Source: an uncultured delta proteobacterium (GTDB taxonomy: Bacteria; Chloroflexota; Dehalococcoidia; Dehalococcoidales; BS750m-G39). Taken from it: a DNA stretch of 64,000 nucleotides. This document shows positions 38,934 to 49,045 of this stretch, one piece after another. Each line of letters opens with the position of its first letter. The stretch's first letter is position 1. The stretch is from assembly GCA_963739245.1 (NCBI GenBank), contig CAVTZP010000005.1, positions 78,707-142,706 of the forward strand. Reading direction: 5' to 3'. A model generated the notes under the pieces. It made no database searches and was not told where the DNA came from. It saw only the letters and a list, made by a program, of their open reading frames with translations. The position numbers and the translations under genes were made by a program.

Positions 38934-40091
38934 CGTTTGGCCGCTTTTATGGGTAGTTCTATTTTTGTCCCATCCCGTAGCAGGGTAAGGGTGACCTCGT
39001 CACCCGGACTGGTATGCTCCCCCAGATAGCAGGTAAGGTCGGCTATATTCCGAACCGGTGTCCCGTTAATCGCAACTATAATGTCATCAACCTTAATACC
39101 GGCAGCCTCAGCCGGGGTAGCCGATATGACCGTCTTAACCAGCGCGCCATTAACTGTTTCCAGATTTCTGGTTTTAGCCGTTTCCGGGGTAAGGTCAGTT
39201 ATCTCCACGCCGAGCCACGGGTAGTCAAAAGAGCCCCGCTCAATGAGGGAGAGGGCAACCCTTTTCACCTTGTTTGAGGAAACAGCGTAGTAGACCCCGT
39301 CTCCGAGCTTGGGGTCAATCCGAGCGACAACCATCCCGATGACCTCTCCTTTAGAGTTAAGAAGAGGGCTGCCGGAGTTGCCGGAATTGATTGCGGCATC
39401 AAACTGGATTATGTTGGCCACCCCCCCCAGGCATAACGTCGTATTTTACTTGTCGGTTTGTTTGGCTAACAATGCCTGAGGTGATAGTCCCCGGCAGGTC
39501 AAAGGGGTCACCGATAACTATAACCGGCTCGCCAACCTCTACCGTGGCGGAGTCCACCAGTGTTAACGCCGGGATAGGCAAACTTTGTTTCAATACCGCA
39601 ATGTCGCTATATTCGCAGACGCCAACGATACTGGCTAGCGAGGTATGACCATCGAGTGTGATTATATATATCTGGTTTTGCCCTTTCACTACATGCTGCG
39701 GGGTAAGGATGTAACCCCCGGTATCAAAGGCAAACCCCGAACCGAGCACCTTCTCTCCATCGCTAATCCTGACTACGCCCTGGCTAACCTCCTGATATAG
39801 CTTGCCGGCATTTATGACCGATTGTTCCATTTCATCAATCTTAATGGCAACACCTTTCAGCTCGTTGTGCAGGGCGCTAATCTTCCCGCTGAGGTGGAAA
39901 GCGTAGGCGCCGAGGGCACCAGCTAAGACCAAGGCGAGGACTAAAACTCCAATAACCGCCTTGTTAGCCACTTTGCTAACTACTTTCTTAAGCCCCTTCT
40001 TAACTGCCTTCTTATTCACCTTGTTAGCCACTTTGCTAACTACTTTCTTAAGCCCCTTCTTAACTGCCTTCTTATTCACCTTATTGACCAT
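38930..40091 (-). CDS. htrA: HtrA/DegP-like serine protease with PDZ, out of frame at a G8 tract (39421..39428)
   Basis: GSGF, HVV, DIAVL in 39399..40091; IQFDAAINSGNSGSPL and PDZ in 38930..39421. Confidence 0.85.
39961..40080. repeat. Exact 60-bp tandem duplication in htrA 5' end
   Basis: Lines 39961 and 40021 are identical; encodes VNKKAVKKGLKKVVSKVANK x2. Confidence 0.95.
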
Positions 40092-40223
40092 TTAGCATCT
40101 CCTATCTCGTCACTTTATGAGTGCTATTTTGAACCTTTAGCCGAATTTTGGCAATTGCGCCGTTTTGTAGCTTTAGGCTACGATGAAAGTGTATAATTAA
40201 ACCACCGTAGATTGGAAGGGACG

Positions 40224-40625
40224 ATGTATTATTTTGCCTATGTCTCTAATCTTAGTCGTAAGCAGATGTTAGAGCGCTGCCCTGATGCCAAGCCAAGGTT
40301 CACCGCCACCCTCCCCAATTACAAGCTAATATTCACCGGCTGGTCAAGGGAGTGGCATGGTGGGGTTGCCAGCATCAAGCCGCTTAGAGGGGAGAAGGTT
40401 GTTGGTGCTGTCTATGAAATTTCGGAGAGGGATTTGAGGTTACTTGATAAACACGAAGGCTACCCTAGTATCTATAATCGGAGAGAGGTAATTGTCTTCA
40501 CCGAGGATAGAGAGCCGGTCAAAGCCGTAACCTATATCAAGGTGGAACAGTCAGAAGAGACCAAACCTTCCTTGGAATACCTGGCTACTATTCGGCAGGG
40601 TTACCGAGATTGGGAAATCACTTAA
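40224..40625 (+). CDS. Gamma-glutamylcyclotransferase (AIG2-like) family protein
   Basis: YYFAYVSNL, VVGAVYEI, LDKHEGYP. Confidence 0.85.
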   Translation: MYYFAYVSNLSRKQMLERCPDAKPRFTATLPNYKLIFTGWSREWHGGVASIKPLRGEKVVGAVYEISERDLRLLDKHEGYPSIYNRREVIVFTEDREPVKAVTYIKVEQSEETKPSLEYLATIRQGYRDWEIT

Positions 40626-40651
40626 AATGCCCTGCGCTAACCCATGGAAGT

Positions 40652-40954
40652 TTAGTATCTTCTATCCCTGTCTCCACCAAATCCACCGCCTCCCCTGCCG
40701 CCTCTGTCATCAGAGCGAGGTCGAGCGGCATCAACATTGAGCGCCCGATCCTTTAAAGTCTTCCCGTTAAGAGCAGCGATTGCCGCCTGCCCCTCGGAGT
40801 CTGAAGGCATTTCCACAAACGCAAATCCTTTTGGCCGTCCGCTATACCTGTCAGTTATGATATTCACAGATTCTACCCCTCCAAAAGGGGTAAATTCTGC
40901 CCGTAGTTCCTCCTCAGTCACATCAAAGGATAGATTACCCACGTAGATTTTCAT
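40652..40954 (-). CDS. RRM RNA-binding protein with Gly-rich tail
   Basis: KIYVGNL (RNP2), KGFAFVEM (RNP1). Confidence 0.95.
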   Translation of the reverse strand: MKIYVGNLSFDVTEEELRAEFTPFGGVESVNIITDRYSGRPKGFAFVEMPSDSEGQAAIAALNGKTLKDRALNVDAARPRSDDRGGRGGGGFGGDRDRRY

Positions 40955-41039
40955 AATCTGCTCCTCTCCTTTCCTACTTTCCGGTGTTACATCCGGGTCA
41001 GTTGCCCAACCCGGACGTAACTTTGGGGGTTAACCTTGT

Positions 41040-41339
41040 TTATCTACTCGGTCTGACTTTACGGTAGCAATCGCTACAGTACACCGGCTTGTCCCCACGT
41101 GGTTCGAAGGGTACTTCGGTATCCTTGCCGCATTCCGCGCATACTGCGGGGAACATTTGGCGGCGAGAGCTGTAGTTGCTGTTTCCAAAACGCTCTGACT
41201 TCCTTGCTTGGCGACACGAGGGACAACGCTTGGGCTCATTGGTATAGCCCTTGGATTGGAAAAACTCTTGTTCCTCGGCGCTGAAAGTAAAGGTAGCCCC
41301 ACAATCAGAACACTGGAGAGACTTTTCTTGGAAGCTCAT
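41040..41339 (-). CDS. Zinc-ribbon / CxxC-x17-CxxC domain protein
   Basis: CSDCG..EQEFF..PKRCPSCR; CAECG..VPFEP..PVYCSDC. Confidence 0.92.
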   Translation of the reverse strand: MSFQEKSLQCSDCGATFTFSAEEQEFFQSKGYTNEPKRCPSCRQARKSERFGNSNYSSRRQMFPAVCAECGKDTEVPFEPRGDKPVYCSDCYRKVRPSR

Positions 41340-41526
41340 TGGATGACCTCCTCTCTTTTAAATTTTAGTTAGAGTTCGGTCATCCAATACTTAAGTGGTT
41401 TGCAGTGACTTAAAAAGCTTGTAATAACCTAAGCTGTAACTATTGACTATTATACACTAAAGGGAACCACTTTGCAAATTGAGTTCAAGTCCACCCTGCC
41501 TGCGACGTTACTTTTTTGTAAAATAC

Positions 41527-42912
41527 TTACTTGTGCGCTCTACCTCTGGCGATAGAGGCAAAAATACCGGCAAAACAAAGAACCGCAGAGATGGAGAAAG
41601 CTGTTTTCATACTTTTTAGGAAAAGCGGGTAGTATTCGGGGGTTATCTGAACCCTCCCGATGTACGAGGCAAAGAGCAGCAAGGCTATCCCCATGCTAAG
41701 AGCCTGCCCGGTCAATCTCATAGTACCGAGCATACCCGATGCCACTCCATAGAACTTGCTTTCCACCGAGCACATCACGGCATTGGTATTTGGCGAGGAG
41801 AAAAAACCAAACCCGAGGCCCAGAATAACTAGGCTAACGAGGATAAAATAAAGACCAGTATCACTGCCCAGGAAGGCCAGCATCGCCAGTCCGGCGGTTG
41901 TCAGCGCCATACCTATTGATGCCACGATGCGCGGCTCAATTCTATCAGAGAGACCGCCAGCAATCGGGGAGCAAATAACCATTATTACTGGCTGGGCTAT
42001 TAGAATCAGACCGGCATGTTCCGGGGTAAACCCTTTTACGTACTGCAGGTAAAGACTCAAGAGGAAAGCAACGGCGAAGGTGGCGCTATAGTTGATTAGC
42101 GCTGCCAGATTAGAAAAAGCGAAGACGGTGTTATTTCTGAAAAACCCGATGTTGAATACGGGATGTTCCTGCCTCATTTCCCATCTCACAAAGGCTATAA
42201 GCCCAAGCACACCGAGAATGATGAGCCAGATACCCCATAGCGACGGCAATACGGAAAAGGCGTAGATTATGGCCACCAGCGCCAGGCTATAGATTATCGA
42301 GCCCACGTAATCAAACCTCTCTCCCTTAGCCTCCGCCCACTCTCCCTTCAGTTTCCCAAAAACCACTGCGATAATTATTAGTCCCAGAAGAGCATTGAGA
42401 AGGAAAATGCTTCTCCAGCCCAAATAGCCGGTCAGAAGGCCACCGACCAGTGGTCCTACCGATAGCCCGGCGTAAACCGCTGCCGCGTTTATTCCCAAGA
42501 CTCGGCCCCTCTCATGGGCCGGAAATACTGACGTTAGAATCGCCACCCCCGTCCCAAAAATCATGGCACCACCAAGCCCCTGCAGGGCACGGAATACAAT
42601 AAGCCACTCTCCGGAGTTCGAAGTGGCACCAAGGATTGAGGCAATGACATCGATTATTATGCCGAACTGGAAAATCATTTTCCGGCCGCGGATATCGGCA
42701 ATCCGCCCGAAGGGCACGAGAAATACAGCCGCTGCCAGCAGGTAAGCGGTAGCCACCCAGCTCAATTCCACGGCATTTAACGATAGCTGTATGCCAATCG
42801 TGGGAAGGGCAATATTGACCGAAGACGATGTAAAAGGAGTAAGGAACGAACTCATAGTGGCAATGAGTAATACCACACCCTTGATACCACCGGTTGTCGT
42901 ATTGTTCTTCAT
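41527..42912 (-). CDS. MFS transporter (DHA2/EmrB-like)
   Basis: VNIALP, GRIADIRGRK, about 14 TM segments. Confidence 0.9.
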   Translation of the reverse strand: MKNNTTTGGIKGVVLLIATMSSFLTPFTSSSVNIALPTIGIQLSLNAVELSWVATAYLLAAAVFLVPFGRIADIRGRKMIFQFGIIIDVIASILGATSNSGEWLIVFRALQGLGGAMIFGTGVAILTSVFPAHERGRVLGINAAAVYAGLSVGPLVGGLLTGYLGWRSIFLLNALLGLIIIAVVFGKLKGEWAEAKGERFDYVGSIIYSLALVAIIYAFSVLPSLWGIWLIILGVLGLIAFVRWEMRQEHPVFNIGFFRNNTVFAFSNLAALINYSATFAVAFLLSLYLQYVKGFTPEHAGLILIAQPVIMVICSPIAGGLSDRIEPRIVASIGMALTTAGLAMLAFLGSDTGLYFILVSLVILGLGFGFFSSPNTNAVMCSVESKFYGVASGMLGTMRLTGQALSMGIALLLFASYIGRVQITPEYYPLFLKSMKTAFSISAVLCFAGIFASIARGRAHK

Positions 42913-42936
42913 TTCACCCGAATATGCTCAAGAGAA

Positions 42937-45900
42937 TCAAACAGCTAACTGGGCGTTTATCTGCTCTGTAGTAAAGCCGCCCTGTTCAATGGCACCGGAG
43001 GGGCAGGCGGCACAGCAGGTGCCGCACCCCTTGCAGAGCACCTTGTTTAAATTGGCCACCTTTCGCTCCTTGTCCAGTTCTATTGCTGAATAAGAGCAAA
43101 CTGCCTGACAAATGCCACAGCCGCTGCAGAGGCTCTCATTTACCGAGCAGACTATTCCTTCCGCCAAGATAGAGTCCTTGAGCAAGATAGTGGCGGCTCG
43201 GCCAGCCGCTGCCTTGGCCTGGGCGATGCTCTCCTCGATGAATTTGGGGCCATGAGCCAGACCACACAGAAATATGCCTTCCGTGGCAAAGTCTATGGGT
43301 CGCAGCTTGGCGTGCGCCTCCAGGAAGAAGCCGTCTGCATTCAAGGGTACTTTGAATAACTGAGACAGCTTCTTATTATCAGCGGCGGCAACGGTAGCTA
43401 CACCTAATGCCAGCAAATCAGCATCTATCAAGAGTGTTTCATCCAATATCGTGTCGGTTAGTTTGACCCTTAAGATGTTCTTGCCATCCTTCTGAATAGC
43501 TGTTACTTCCGGCTTTTCTTCTGGCTCGTAGCGCAGAAAGACAACCCCCTCCGCTCGAGCCTTCTCGTAATAGTCTTCCTTGAATCCGTACGTCATTATG
43601 TCTCGATAGAGGATATAGATATTTATTCTTGGTTTCACCTTCTTCAGCTCTAGGGCGCACTTTATGGCTTCGCTGCAGCATACCCGGCTACAATACGGCC
43701 TCTGGTCATCCCTTGAGCCGACGCATTGTATCATTACCAGGGTATCGCAATCTTGAATCTTATCACTCCCCCGATTTATCTCGTTTTCCAGTTCCATGAG
43801 CGTGAGCACCCTGGGATTTTCTCCATACTGATATTCAGTAGATTTATACTCCTGTGCCCCGGTGGCGATAATGGCTGCCCCGTGTTTAATTTCCTTAATG
43901 TCGTTGTCTGGCCCCTTTATTCGAGTGGTGAAATTACCGACATAGCCGGAAACATCAACAATGCCGGACTCGAGGTAAGAGCTGATTAAGGGATTTTTAG
44001 AGATTCTGGTGATGAGGTCAGTCAGGTAAGCCTGGACATCTTCCCCCTCCAGTGTATGGTGGATTCTTCGGGCTATACCGCCGAGTTCCCTACTCTGTTC
44101 CACCAGATGAACCCTTAGTCCCTGCTCGGAGAGGCTCAGAGCGCTAATCAGGCCAGATATGCCACCACCGACTACTAGGGCTACCGGGTTTATGTCCAGG
44201 GACATTCTATCTAGAGGAGCCAAAAGACGCGCCTTAGCTACCGCCATCTTTACCAGGTCTTTCGCTTTTTCGGTAGCGTCGGCTTTTTCCTCGTGAACCC
44301 AAGAGCACTGCTCCCGGATATTCGCCATCTCAAATAGGTAGGGGTTCAGTCCCGCTTCCATCATCGTTTGCTGGAATAGGGGCTCGTGGGTTCGGGGTGT
44401 GCACGAAGCTACTACCACTCTGTTCAGGCTATGCTCTCTTATCTTTTCTTTAATCCTTTGTTGCGTATCCGGGGAACAAGTATAGAGGTTCTCCTCCACG
44501 TAGACGACATTGGGAATCGTCTTAACACACTCCAATACCTTAGGAACATCTATATAGCCGGCGATATTTATGCCGCAATGGCAGACAAACACCCCGATTC
44601 GAGGCTCTTGTCCCGTGACATCGATTTCAGGCGGGTACTCCTTTCGCCGGCTCAGCATTCCCCTTGCCGGGGCCAGCCATCTGGAGACCTCAGCCGCAGC
44701 GGCGCTGGCCTCCGTTACCGTTTCTGGGATATCCTTTGGCCCGCTAAAGGCGCCACAGACATATACCCCAGGCCAGGAAGTCTCTACGGGGGAAAAAGTG
44801 TTTGTCCGGCAGAAGCCATGCTGCTCCAGTTGAATGCCAAGTCTTTCCGCCATTTCCTCAGCACTCTGGGGGGCTTCCAGACCAACCGATAGCACTACGA
44901 GGTCAAAGTCTTCGGTCACCAACTGGCCGTCCTCCGTCTCGTATGTTATCCTCAGGTTCTTCGTTTCGGGCACCTCTTCGATAGCCGGCACCCTAGCTCG
45001 GATGTACCTTACCCCGTACTCGCTCCTTGCTCTTTCTGCATATTGGTAAAAGCCCTTCCCATAGGCGCGCAGGTCCATGTAAAAGATGGTAGCTTCTACT
45101 CCCGGTGCGTGTTCCCTGGCGATAACCGCCTCCTTGGTGGCATACATACAGCAAACGGCAGAGCAGTAGCTCCGATGACAGGAACGGTCGCGGGACCCGA
45201 CACACTGAATGAAGGCGATTCTCCTTGGCATCTTCTTATCAGAAGGCCGGAGTAGTTCGCCACTGAAGGGCCCCGAGGCATTCAGGATGCGCTCGAAGCC
45301 AATACTGGTAACGACGTTGGCATACCGGCCGTACCCGTATTCGCTTTTGCGTGAAGCGTCAAACTCCTCAAAGCCCGGGGCCAGTATAATAGCCCCGGCG
45401 GCTATGTTTATCACTTCTTCTTTCATTTCATGGTCTATGGCCTTGGCCTGGCAGACCTTAACACATTCCAGACACTCCGAGCAGACGCCACAACTCAAGC
45501 AGCGCCTGGCCTCGTCGGCAGCTGCCTCCTCGTCAAGGCCCAATTCAACCTCGGCGAAACTCTTTCGTCTTTCCGGTTCGAGGACGGGCATAGCCTGTCT
45601 CGGCTTTTTCTCTACCCCTTCTTTGCTGACCTCTGACACCCGCTCCCGCGATGTCGGTCTTCCCTCCTTCAGGTCTACGCCCTCAAGATAGCGACTGATG
45701 GAGATAGCCGCCTCTTTGCCCGACGCGATAGCGTCAATAACGTTATCCGGGCCACGCACCATGTCACCACCGGCGAAAACGCCTTCCATATTCGTCGCCA
45801 GTGTAACCGGGTCGGCAGCAACGGTTTCCCGCTCAGTGTAATTGAGTTCCTTGGGTAACATTGTCCTGTCTACCGCCTGCCCGATAGCTATGATGATACT

Positions 45901-47355
45901 GTCAAGGGCCATCTGGAATTCTGAGCCTTTGACCGGTAGCGGGCGCGGGCGTCCGCTGGCATCAGGTTCGCCCAACTCCATCCGGATACACTCAATACCT
46001 GCCACGTGGCCATTTTCCATTAAAACCCTGACTGGCGCCGCCAAGGTATTGAGTCTGATGCCCTCTAGCTCGGTTTCGTTAATCTCACTGACAATGGCCG
46101 GCATTTCAGCCCGGGAGCGTCGATAAATAATGGTAACATCCTTTGCGCCCAGGCGCCTGGCTACCCTGGCGGCATCAACCGCCGCGTTGCCACCCCCCAC
46201 AACCGCAACACGCTCACCCACCCTGACCTCCATACCTGAGTTTAGCTGCCGCAGAAAGTCCAAGGCGTAGATTACCCCGGGGGTGTCCTCATTAGGAATA
46301 TTCATTTTCTGACTTGTCCCGGCACCGGTAGCCAAGAATATAGCTCCATAACCCTGCTCAAAGATATCCTCAAGGTTTTTCACCGGGGTATTGGTCTTTA
46401 TCTCTACTCCGAGCTCTTCAATATAGCTGATTTCGTTGTCTAGTATCTCCTTAGGCAGTCGGTATTCGGGGATGGCGTAGCGCAGCAGGCCGCCCGGTTC
46501 GGGGGCGGCTTCGAAGACGGTAACCGGATACCCCTGCCGGACCAGGTCATAGGCGCAGGCCAGGCCGGCCGGCCCCGAGCCGATAATGGCTACTCTATCC
46601 CTTTTCGTTCTCTCAACAGGCACCGCCTTTTCTCTACCTGATTTAAGTTCGTAGTCCGCCATAAAACGTTTTAGGGAACGTATGGCTATAGGCTCATCAA
46701 CCTTACCCCTCTCGCATTCGGTCTCACAAGGGTGGGTGCAGACCCGCCCGCACACCCCGGCAAAGGGCATTGTCCTTCTCAGCACTTGAAGGGCTTCCTT
46801 GAATTTACCTTGCGAGATAAGAGTGATATAGCCCTGCGCGTTGACTCCCGCCGGGCAGGCGACCTGGCACGGCGGATAGCCACGCTTATCAATGGTGAAG
46901 ACGTTTGGCACGGCCTGAGGAAAGGGGCGGTATATTGCCTTCCGCCGGGCCAGTCCCAATTCGAACTCAGCCGCTATCTCCACCGGACACGCCGTTACGC
47001 AATCTCCGCACCCGGTGCATATACTTGTATCGACATACCCAGCCCGCTTCCTGATGCTAACCCTGAGGTTGCCGGGTTCTCCCTGAACATCTAAGAAATC
47101 GGCGCAGGTAATAATCTCAATATTGAGATGGCGGGCACACTCCACGAGTTTGGGAGAAAGGATACACATAGAGCAGTCGTTGGTAGGGAAGGTCTTATCT
47201 AGCTGGGCCATAACCCCACCAATCGTGGGGGATTTGTCTAGTAGATAGACCTTAAAACCCATTTCGGCTAAGTCCAGGGAGGCCTGGATGCCACCAATAC
47301 CACCCCCAATCACGACTACGGCACCGATTTTATTGTTTTTAATACTTTTGGCCAT
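42937..47355 (-). CDS. hdrA: Large heterodisulfide reductase A-like flavoprotein with inserted GltD-like NAD(P)H domain (HdrL-type)
   Basis: GGVMAQLDKTFPTNDC, CGRVCTHPCE, GGGNAAVD, QCVGSR..CSAVCC twice, ferredoxin motifs. Confidence 0.9.
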   Translation of the reverse strand: MAKSIKNNKIGAVVVIGGGIGGIQASLDLAEMGFKVYLLDKSPTIGGVMAQLDKTFPTNDCSMCILSPKLVECARHLNIEIITCADFLDVQGEPGNLRVSIRKRAGYVDTSICTGCGDCVTACPVEIAAEFELGLARRKAIYRPFPQAVPNVFTIDKRGYPPCQVACPAGVNAQGYITLISQGKFKEALQVLRRTMPFAGVCGRVCTHPCETECERGKVDEPIAIRSLKRFMADYELKSGREKAVPVERTKRDRVAIIGSGPAGLACAYDLVRQGYPVTVFEAAPEPGGLLRYAIPEYRLPKEILDNEISYIEELGVEIKTNTPVKNLEDIFEQGYGAIFLATGAGTSQKMNIPNEDTPGVIYALDFLRQLNSGMEVRVGERVAVVGGGNAAVDAARVARRLGAKDVTIIYRRSRAEMPAIVSEINETELEGIRLNTLAAPVRVLMENGHVAGIECIRMELGEPDASGRPRPLPVKGSEFQMALDSIIIAIGQAVDRTMLPKELNYTERETVAADPVTLATNMEGVFAGGDMVRGPDNVIDAIASGKEAAISISRYLEGVDLKEGRPTSRERVSEVSKEGVEKKPRQAMPVLEPERRKSFAEVELGLDEEAAADEARRCLSCGVCSECLECVKVCQAKAIDHEMKEEVINIAAGAIILAPGFEEFDASRKSEYGYGRYANVVTSIGFERILNASGPFSGELLRPSDKKMPRRIAFIQCVGSRDRSCHRSYCSAVCCMYATKEAVIAREHAPGVEATIFYMDLRAYGKGFYQYAERARSEYGVRYIRARVPAIEEVPETKNLRITYETEDGQLVTEDFDLVVLSVGLEAPQSAEEMAERLGIQLEQHGFCRTNTFSPVETSWPGVYVCGAFSGPKDIPETVTEASAAAAEVSRWLAPARGMLSRRKEYPPEIDVTGQEPRIGVFVCHCGINIAGYIDVPKVLECVKTIPNVVYVEENLYTCSPDTQQRIKEKIREHSLNRVVVASCTPRTHEPLFQQTMMEAGLNPYLFEMANIREQCSWVHEEKADATEKAKDLVKMAVAKARLLAPLDRMSLDINPVALVVGGGISGLISALSLSEQGLRVHLVEQSRELGGIARRIHHTLEGEDVQAYLTDLITRISKNPLISSYLESGIVDVSGYVGNFTTRIKGPDNDIKEIKHGAAIIATGAQEYKSTEYQYGENPRVLTLMELENEINRGSDKIQDCDTLVMIQCVGSRDDQRPYCSRVCCSEAIKCALELKKVKPRINIYILYRDIMTYGFKEDYYEKARAEGVVFLRYEPEEKPEVTAIQKDGKNILRVKLTDTILDETLLIDADLLALGVATVAAADNKKLSQLFKVPLNADGFFLEAHAKLRPIDFATEGIFLCGLAHGPKFIEESIAQAKAAAGRAATILLKDSILAEGIVCSVNESLCSGCGICQAVCSYSAIELDKERKVANLNKVLCKGCGTCCAACPSGAIEQGGFTTEQINAQLAV

Positions 47356-47357
47356 TC

Positions 47358-48236
47358 TTAGCTCAGCTTTTTTAATAGTGCGTCCACTTTCACCCGGTTC
47401 TGATCCAGCCCTAACTCTCTGGGCTCCCGGCCAAAAGCCAGGCCCAGTAGCTGGGGATAGTACAGCACGGGCAGCTCATAATTGGTACCAAAATCCTTTT
47501 CTATGCTTCTCTGGAGAGTATCAAGCTGAAGACCGCATGCCGGGCAGGCGATGACCAAGGCATCCGCCCTGGAGCGGCTGATATTATCCAGCTTTTTCTT
47601 GGCCATGGCTAGAGAGATATCCTGGTTTATGCCCATGATAACGTTGCCGCAACACCCGTTCTTATCAGCGTACTCGACCACCTGGGCCCCGGCATTCTTG
47701 ACCAGGCACTCAAGAGATTGGGGATTCTCCGGGTCGTCAAACTTGTCCAATACTTCGGCTGGTTTAAGGTAATGGCAACCATAATGACATGCCACACGAA
47801 AGGCAGATAGGTCTTTGCCTACTTTTTCTTCTATCCTCCGGCTGCCGATTTCTTCATAAAGTATCCTGGCAAGGTGCCTCACCTTTACGCTACCTTTAAG
47901 TCTCTTATTCCATATTCCCAGTCCGGCATTGATCTCCTGCCTCAGCTTTTCATTCTCCCTCAACTCGCTATTAGCCTCGCTAAGGAAGGAAGCACAACCC
48001 GGGCACAGCGTACATATATCAAGGCCCCGCTCTTGGGCAACGCACAGGTTCCTGGCCGCCATAACCAATGCTGTTTTGATATCCACATTCTTAACGGGGA
48101 AGCCGCAACAGCCAAATTCATCGATATCTAGCAGCTCTATCCCCAAGTCTTGGGCCACTCGGCGCGCGGCGAGCTCGTAATTTAAGGCTCTGACAGGGAT
48201 TAAACAACCGAGAAAGAGCGCGTACTTCACCTTCAT
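47358..48236 (-). CDS. hdrB: Heterodisulfide reductase subunit B
   Basis: Two CCG domains (FGCCG, HYGCH, GCCG, CPAC). Confidence 0.92.
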   Translation of the reverse strand: MKVKYALFLGCLIPVRALNYELAARRVAQDLGIELLDIDEFGCCGFPVKNVDIKTALVMAARNLCVAQERGLDICTLCPGCASFLSEANSELRENEKLRQEINAGLGIWNKRLKGSVKVRHLARILYEEIGSRRIEEKVGKDLSAFRVACHYGCHYLKPAEVLDKFDDPENPQSLECLVKNAGAQVVEYADKNGCCGNVIMGINQDISLAMAKKKLDNISRSRADALVIACPACGLQLDTLQRSIEKDFGTNYELPVLYYPQLLGLAFGREPRELGLDQNRVKVDALLKKLS

Positions 48237-48757
48237 TTACCTTCCTCGTCAGCCGCAAGACTCTTCAGCCCAGTAAGCTCAAAAACCTCGCTGGCGTAGA
48301 TATTCTCTGCCGGGACTGGTGGCAGGCCGTTCCTCTCACGTCTCCGGTTATCCACGGGATAAATTGCGCCGATCTTAGCGAGGAGCTTTATCTGTTCCTT
48401 ATACAGGGGGTGAATATAGCCGGCTTTCACCGCCATATTCTCTAGAGCCTTCATGATATCAGTGAACCGAACCCCCTGGGGACAGCGCTCGTAGCAGGTA
48501 TAGCAGGTAGAGCAAAGCCAGATGAAGTCGCTCTGGAGGACTCTCTCCCTCATGCCCAGGAGAATCATCCTGATAATTCGTCTCGGATTAAATTTCTGGT
48601 CAATTTCTCTGACGGGGCAACCGGCGCTGCACGTGCCACAGGCAAAGCAGAGCCGGATATTTTCCGCGCCGGGGTATTCCGCGACTTCATATTTGAAGTT
48701 CGGGTCTAGTTCGCTGACTTTTGTCGGCTGTCTTGCTTTACCCATGTCTTGTTTCAC
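48233..48757 (-). CDS. hdrC: Heterodisulfide reductase subunit C
   Basis: CFACGTCSAGCP, WLCSTCYTCYERCP. Confidence 0.92.
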   Translation of the reverse strand: MKQDMGKARQPTKVSELDPNFKYEVAEYPGAENIRLCFACGTCSAGCPVREIDQKFNPRRIIRMILLGMRERVLQSDFIWLCSTCYTCYERCPQGVRFTDIMKALENMAVKAGYIHPLYKEQIKLLAKIGAIYPVDNRRRERNGLPPVPAENIYASEVFELTGLKSLAADEEGK

Positions 48758-48792
48758 CCCCTCATTTCCCGAACGAAAGCCTGATAGGTCTT

Positions 48793-48819
48793 ACTATACT
48801 CACTATACTCACTATACTC
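48793..48819. repeat. 9-bp tandem repeat x3 upstream of hdrC
   Basis: ACTATACTC x3. Confidence 0.85.
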
Positions 48820-48947
48820 AATTAATCCCAGTTGGTAAACCATGTATAGCATTCGTTCTTAGTCAAAAAGAAAAAGAGTTACTTAATGTCTATCCTACCA
48901 GAAAAGGCAACTAAGAAAAAAGAGGGAGTTCTACCTACCGTGCAGTA

Positions 48948-49024
48948 TGGTGGGCGGTGCTGGGCTCGAACCAGTGACCTCTGCGATGTCAACGCAGTGC
49001 TCTAACCAACTGAGCTAACCGCCC
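48948..49024 (-). tRNA. tRNA-Val(GAC)
   Basis: GGGCGGTTAGCTCAG...CTGCG TTGACAT CGCAG...GGTTCGAGCCC...CCA. Confidence 0.95.
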
Positions 49025-49045
49025 CCCCAAGACACACTAATTCTA

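Noticed and set aside
35573-40080. CRISPR array from the heptamer, 24-bp or 60-bp repeats
   Set aside because: Repeats are directly tandem with no unique spacers, and no cas genes are present
42925-42945. Selenocysteine read-through at the hdrA TGA
   Set aside because: The TGA falls at the normal HdrA C-terminus, not at a conserved Cys position, and another stop follows three codons later
41500-49024. Genomic island integrated at tRNA-Val carrying hdr and MFS genes
   Set aside because: No integrase and no duplicated tRNA 3' end found at the far side; adjacency alone is insufficient
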